A stretch of DNA of 51,542 nucleotides, from contig JAFTMY010000090.1 in the NCBI GenBank assembly GCA_017452165.1, positions 1-51,542 on the forward strand, given 5' to 3'. Source of the DNA: Clostridia bacterium (GTDB lineage Bacteria; Bacillota; Clostridia; Christensenellales; UBA1242). This document shows positions 48,017 through 51,542 of the stretch, piece after piece (the first letter of the stretch is position 1; each line of letters begins with the position of its first letter). Both the position numbers and the translations under genes were made by a program. The notes beneath the pieces are model-generated. The model worked only from the letters and a program-made list of their open reading frames with translations. It ran no database searches and was not told where the DNA came from.

Positions 48017-49780
48017 CTATAAACATTCTACTTTTGCACTTTTTTCTTCCATCTCATATAATTCTTTATACTCATTACAGTTTTGCATCAACTCTTTATG
48101 TGTTCCAAAGTTTATAACTTTTCCGTCATCAATCATATAAATTTTATCTGCTCCAATTATAGTAGATAGTCTATGTGCAACAATAATAATTGTCTTGTCA
48201 TTTTTTAAACTTTCTAAAAGTTTTACTATTTCATTTTGACTATTATTATCAAGCGCACTTGTTGCTTCATCAAAAACAATAACCTTTCCACTACTAAGGA
48301 GAAGCCTTGCAATAGCAATTCTTTGTTTTTGACCGCCTGAAACCTTAACACCATTTTCTCCAATTTCAGTATCAAGTCCATTTTCCATTTTCAAAATATC
48401 ATCATAAATTTGTGCTTTTTTCAAAACCTCAATCATCTCTTCTTCGCTTGCATCAGGTTTTGCAAAAAATAGGTTTTGTCTAATACTTGCATTAAATATA
48501 TATGGTGATTGAGAAATCTCTCCAACATTTCCTCTTATGCTTGACTCTGTCAAAGTGTTTATATCTTTTCCATCAAGAAATATTTGACCATCACCCGTTT
48601 CATATAACTTTGAAATTAAATTCAAAATTGTAGTTTTTCCACTACCACTTTTTCCAACAATAGCAGTCATTTTATTAGGTTCAAACTTTAAACTAAGATT
48701 TTTTAAAACAGGAATATTATTTGAATATGAGTAGTTTACATTTTTAAATTCAATATTTCCAGAAAACTCGCTAAGTGTATCCGTTCCATATTGTTCCTTT
48801 TCAAAATCATCTACAATTTCAAATATTCTAACTGCAGCAATTTCGCCTTCAGCATTATATTCATTAAAAGAAGATAAATAATTAACCAGCCACTCAACTT
48901 TTCCATAATAGTTAAAGATTACTAAAAAACCTGCAAGTAAAATAAATTCTTTTTTGATAAAATAAATACCAATTAGCATAAATGATAATTCAAAAATTGC
49001 AGTGATTAACCTTTGAACTCTTCTAAGAAGATTTCTTTTATCCGTAATACTAATATCAAGATTTGCTGCCTCTTCAAACTTTCCATTTGCATAGTTTGTA
49101 ACGCTCTCTTTCATATTAAGTAATTTTACATCTCTAATTCCTGTTATTTGCTGATAATATATAGACTTTGCTTCTTCATTTGCTTTTTTCGTTAATTTTT
49201 TTCCTCTTATCCAAACTCTGCTTCTAATTGTGCAAATAATATATAGAACCACAACATATCCTATTAAAATTAAAAATAGATAAATATTAAGATAAGCAAT
49301 ATAAATTAAAAATACAGCATTAGTAAGTATATCAAAAATTAAATTCATCATATCAAGATATGAGTCGCTAACACTTTTTACATCACTAGATAATCTCTCT
49401 GAAAGCATACCAAGTTTTACTGAATCAAGTTTGTTCATTTTTGTTCGGTTAATTGAGTCTATAATAGTTTTTGTAAGTTCAACTTTTGTTCTTGTGTTAA
49501 TTCTAGTATAAAATACTTCAACAAAGTAGTTAACAATTATTTTACCTAACACAAGTCCCGTCATAATAAGTGCATACTTTTTTGCATTATCAAAATCTTC
49601 AGACGCAAGACTAGCGAGTGCATTTGCTGAGAATATTGGACTAAATATACCAAGCACACCACCCATCACCATAGCAATAAGAAGTGCAACTAAAAGACCT
49701 TTACTCTTTTTATAGTAAGGAAGAACCTTCCTTATTTTATGAGTTGTAACCTTTTTCTTTTTTAAATCTAATTTTTCCAT
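48017..49780 (-). CDS. ABC exporter, fused permease/ATPase (probable homodimer)
   Basis: GKSGSGKTT, VSGGQKQRIAIARL, IVFDEATSALD, AHRLST. Six-TM N-terminal half. TAG stop. Confidence 0.9.
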   Translation of the reverse strand: MEKLDLKKKKVTTHKIRKVLPYYKKSKGLLVALLIAMVMGGVLGIFSPIFSANALASLASEDFDNAKKYALIMTGLVLGKIIVNYFVEVFYTRINTRTKVELTKTIIDSINRTKMNKLDSVKLGMLSERLSSDVKSVSDSYLDMMNLIFDILTNAVFLIYIAYLNIYLFLILIGYVVVLYIICTIRSRVWIRGKKLTKKANEEAKSIYYQQITGIRDVKLLNMKESVTNYANGKFEEAANLDISITDKRNLLRRVQRLITAIFELSFMLIGIYFIKKEFILLAGFLVIFNYYGKVEWLVNYLSSFNEYNAEGEIAAVRIFEIVDDFEKEQYGTDTLSEFSGNIEFKNVNYSYSNNIPVLKNLSLKFEPNKMTAIVGKSGSGKTTILNLISKLYETGDGQIFLDGKDINTLTESSIRGNVGEISQSPYIFNASIRQNLFFAKPDASEEEMIEVLKKAQIYDDILKMENGLDTEIGENGVKVSGGQKQRIAIARLLLSSGKVIVFDEATSALDNNSQNEIVKLLESLKNDKTIIIVAHRLSTIIGADKIYMIDDGKVINFGTHKELMQNCNEYKELYEMEEKSAKVECL

Positions 49781-49882
49781 AGTAATTACCTCTCATATAT
49801 TTTAACATTTTTATTTAATTAGTTCAATACTACAACAATAACCTCTTGATTTATTTTTAAAAAAAATATATAATGTCTATGT

Positions 49883-50857
49883 ATGGCTTTATTTAAAAAA
49901 CGCGTAATTGAAAAAGAATCTAATATTGCTAGTGCACCTGAACATATAAAAGCACCTAGCACTTTTTCTGCTAAAAAATATTATTTGCTTCTTTGGAACA
50001 TACTATCAATGACATTTTTCTGCATCTATGTTTTCTACTTAATATTTAGAGTTCCAGAAATAAGTTTTTTATATAATATCATTGTTTATGTTTTATATGG
50101 TTATGGTATTGCACTTATTCTTATACTCCTTCTAAGCATTGGCAAAAAATCCAAATTAAAAACTAGACTTAAAAACTATAAAAGTGCAATTAAGTTTTTA
50201 CAATACACTATTCAAATTGTCAGTTTCACCCTTTTAATAGTTACTGCAATAAGTTCACTTTTCACTACAGGAAAACTTGATGTTCTTGCACTTAAAAATG
50301 CCCTTTCTTCTCTTGTTTTAACCTGTATAATGGTTATGTTTGAAGTCTTTAAAATTATGGTTAGAAAAAATGTTCCAGTTGTTAAAGAAAACTTTTTAAG
50401 ACTTAAAGAAGAAGATACAATTTACAAAAAAATTGATAAAGGCTTTAAGAAAATAAGAGGAAAGAAAACTAACGAACCTGAAAAAATAGAACATGAAGAA
50501 AATGAAACTGAAACTGATGAAAATAATGAACAAAAAGACAGTAATAATAATTTACTTAAAGCAGAACTTTTTGAAAAACAAACATCATCTCAAAATAATA
50601 TAGAAGAACAAAACAAACAACAAGAAATAAAATTTGTTTCTGCTGAACAAATTGAAGAAGACCTTAAACTTGAAAAAAATCAAAAATATGATAGAGATGC
50701 TGGAGTAATAATATCTTATGACGATGATGAAGACTTTGATGATGAAGAAAATTATGACGAAGTATTTTATGACAACAAGTTGTTATCTCGAGACAGCACA
50801 AAAGGTCCATCAAGAAATAGACTCGTTGGGTTATTTAATAAATTTAAGAAAAAATAA
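49883..50857 (+). CDS. membrane protein (about 4 TM) with an acidic, low-complexity C-terminal tail
   Basis: Hydrophobic segments in residues ~30-160, then an E/D/N/K-rich tail. No SD seen. Confidence 0.6.
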   Translation: MALFKKRVIEKESNIASAPEHIKAPSTFSAKKYYLLLWNILSMTFFCIYVFYLIFRVPEISFLYNIIVYVLYGYGIALILILLLSIGKKSKLKTRLKNYKSAIKFLQYTIQIVSFTLLIVTAISSLFTTGKLDVLALKNALSSLVLTCIMVMFEVFKIMVRKNVPVVKENFLRLKEEDTIYKKIDKGFKKIRGKKTNEPEKIEHEENETETDENNEQKDSNNNLLKAELFEKQTSSQNNIEEQNKQQEIKFVSAEQIEEDLKLEKNQKYDRDAGVIISYDDDEDFDDEENYDEVFYDNKLLSRDSTKGPSRNRLVGLFNKFKKK

Positions 50858-50862
50858 TTTAT

Positions 50863-50900
50863 AAAAAAATCATATTGTTTTTATTCAATATGATTTTTTT
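50863..50900 (+). terminator. terminator after 49883..50857
   Basis: atcatattg-(8 nt)-caatatgat hairpin plus a T-run. Confidence 0.6.
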
Positions 50901-51123
50901 ATTTTCATATTTTTCATAATAAATTTTTATTTATAATTATAATAAAATTATTAATATTAAATGCAAATAAAATAATAAAAACTGCAAATTTAATGGTTTT
51001 TATATAAAAATTAGGTTGTTTTTTGTTAATTTTATCATAAATATTAAAAAAATATTATTTTAATTAAAAAATAAAAAACATATCAAACCTATATATTTTT
51101 TTAGATTTGATATGCTTTATTGA

Positions 51124-51438
51124 TTATACTTCTTCTAAATAATTAACCTTTTTATTGTGATTATGTGCATATTCAATTTCTGATTTTGTGCTTGAACCAA
51201 TGTATCCACCTTTATTAATTACAAAGATTTCATCAGCCATATCTATCTTTCTTTTATGCATATCATCAAGCATTTCCTTTATTCCTTCGCTCCAAACTTC
51301 ATTATCCCCAGAGTGAACAAAAGCAAAAACATAAATTAAAATATTACCTTATAATGAAAGTCTTTTTTGCACTTACATAAATTCATATTTAAATTTTGTA
51401 CTAACACAAAGTGTTATAACCTTATATTTACCTACCAT
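51124..51438 (-). pseudogene. small conserved alpha/beta protein gene (CGSxKF ... GYIGSSTxSEIEYA type) interrupted by two in-frame TAA codons
   Basis: GGAGA RBS and ATG at 51438. A single frame reads MVGKYKVITLCVSTKFKYEFM*VQKRLSL*GNILIYVFAFVHSGDNEVWSEGIKEMLDDMHKRKIDMADEIFVINKGGYIGSSTKSEIEYAHNHNKKVNYLEEV*. The internal stops are at 51375-51373 and 51351-51349. Confidence 0.6.
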
Positions 51439-51542
51439 TTTTTCTCCTAAATATTTTTTATTTTTTTTTACTACTGCTTATATTTTATATAATGCAAATT
51501 CAAAAGTAAAGAAAAGAATATAATAAAAACAAATTAAATATA

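Overview
AT-rich segment (roughly 25-30% GC, judged by eye) that looks like a Bacillota-type chromosome. I call 38 intact CDS, one edge-truncated CDS, one possible small ORF and one pseudogene. I saw no rRNA, tRNA, CRISPR array, integrase or transposase. Recognisable housekeeping genes are gpsA, a long RelA/SpoT homologue, tilS next to a spoIIE-like phosphatase, asd, aspartate kinase, an LDH/MDH-family dehydrogenase, eno, radC, a Ca-type P-type ATPase and three ABC exporter genes. Accessory genes sit between them. The best candidate for an undescribed system is a very AT-rich, translationally coupled operon on the minus strand (1..4457). It encodes an RF1-like protein with an intact GGQ domain but no PxT/SPF decoding motif, an SF1 UvrD-like helicase with unknown N- and C-terminal extensions, a coiled-coil protein and a fourth unknown protein. 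Other items worth a second look:
- None of the 38 stop codons is TGA.
- The long RSH has all hydrolase (HD) catalytic residues replaced.
- A terminator-bracketed, higher-GC cassette encodes a zeta-toxin-like P-loop protein.
- A 927-aa protein carries about 15 tandem FQTQEMW repeats.
- A WYL regulator sits next to an overlapping small-protein/HExxH-protein pair.
- A formate/nitrite-transporter-like channel is fused to a CPCC zinc-ribbon domain.
- Two secreted proteins have SipW/TasA-type signal peptides, one with an 885-bp internal duplication.
- A 148-bp structured unit is repeated in tandem in the leader of a flavin-reductase/rubredoxin gene.
- A small gene is interrupted by two in-frame TAA codons.
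All functional calls rest on motifs read by eye. No database search was run.
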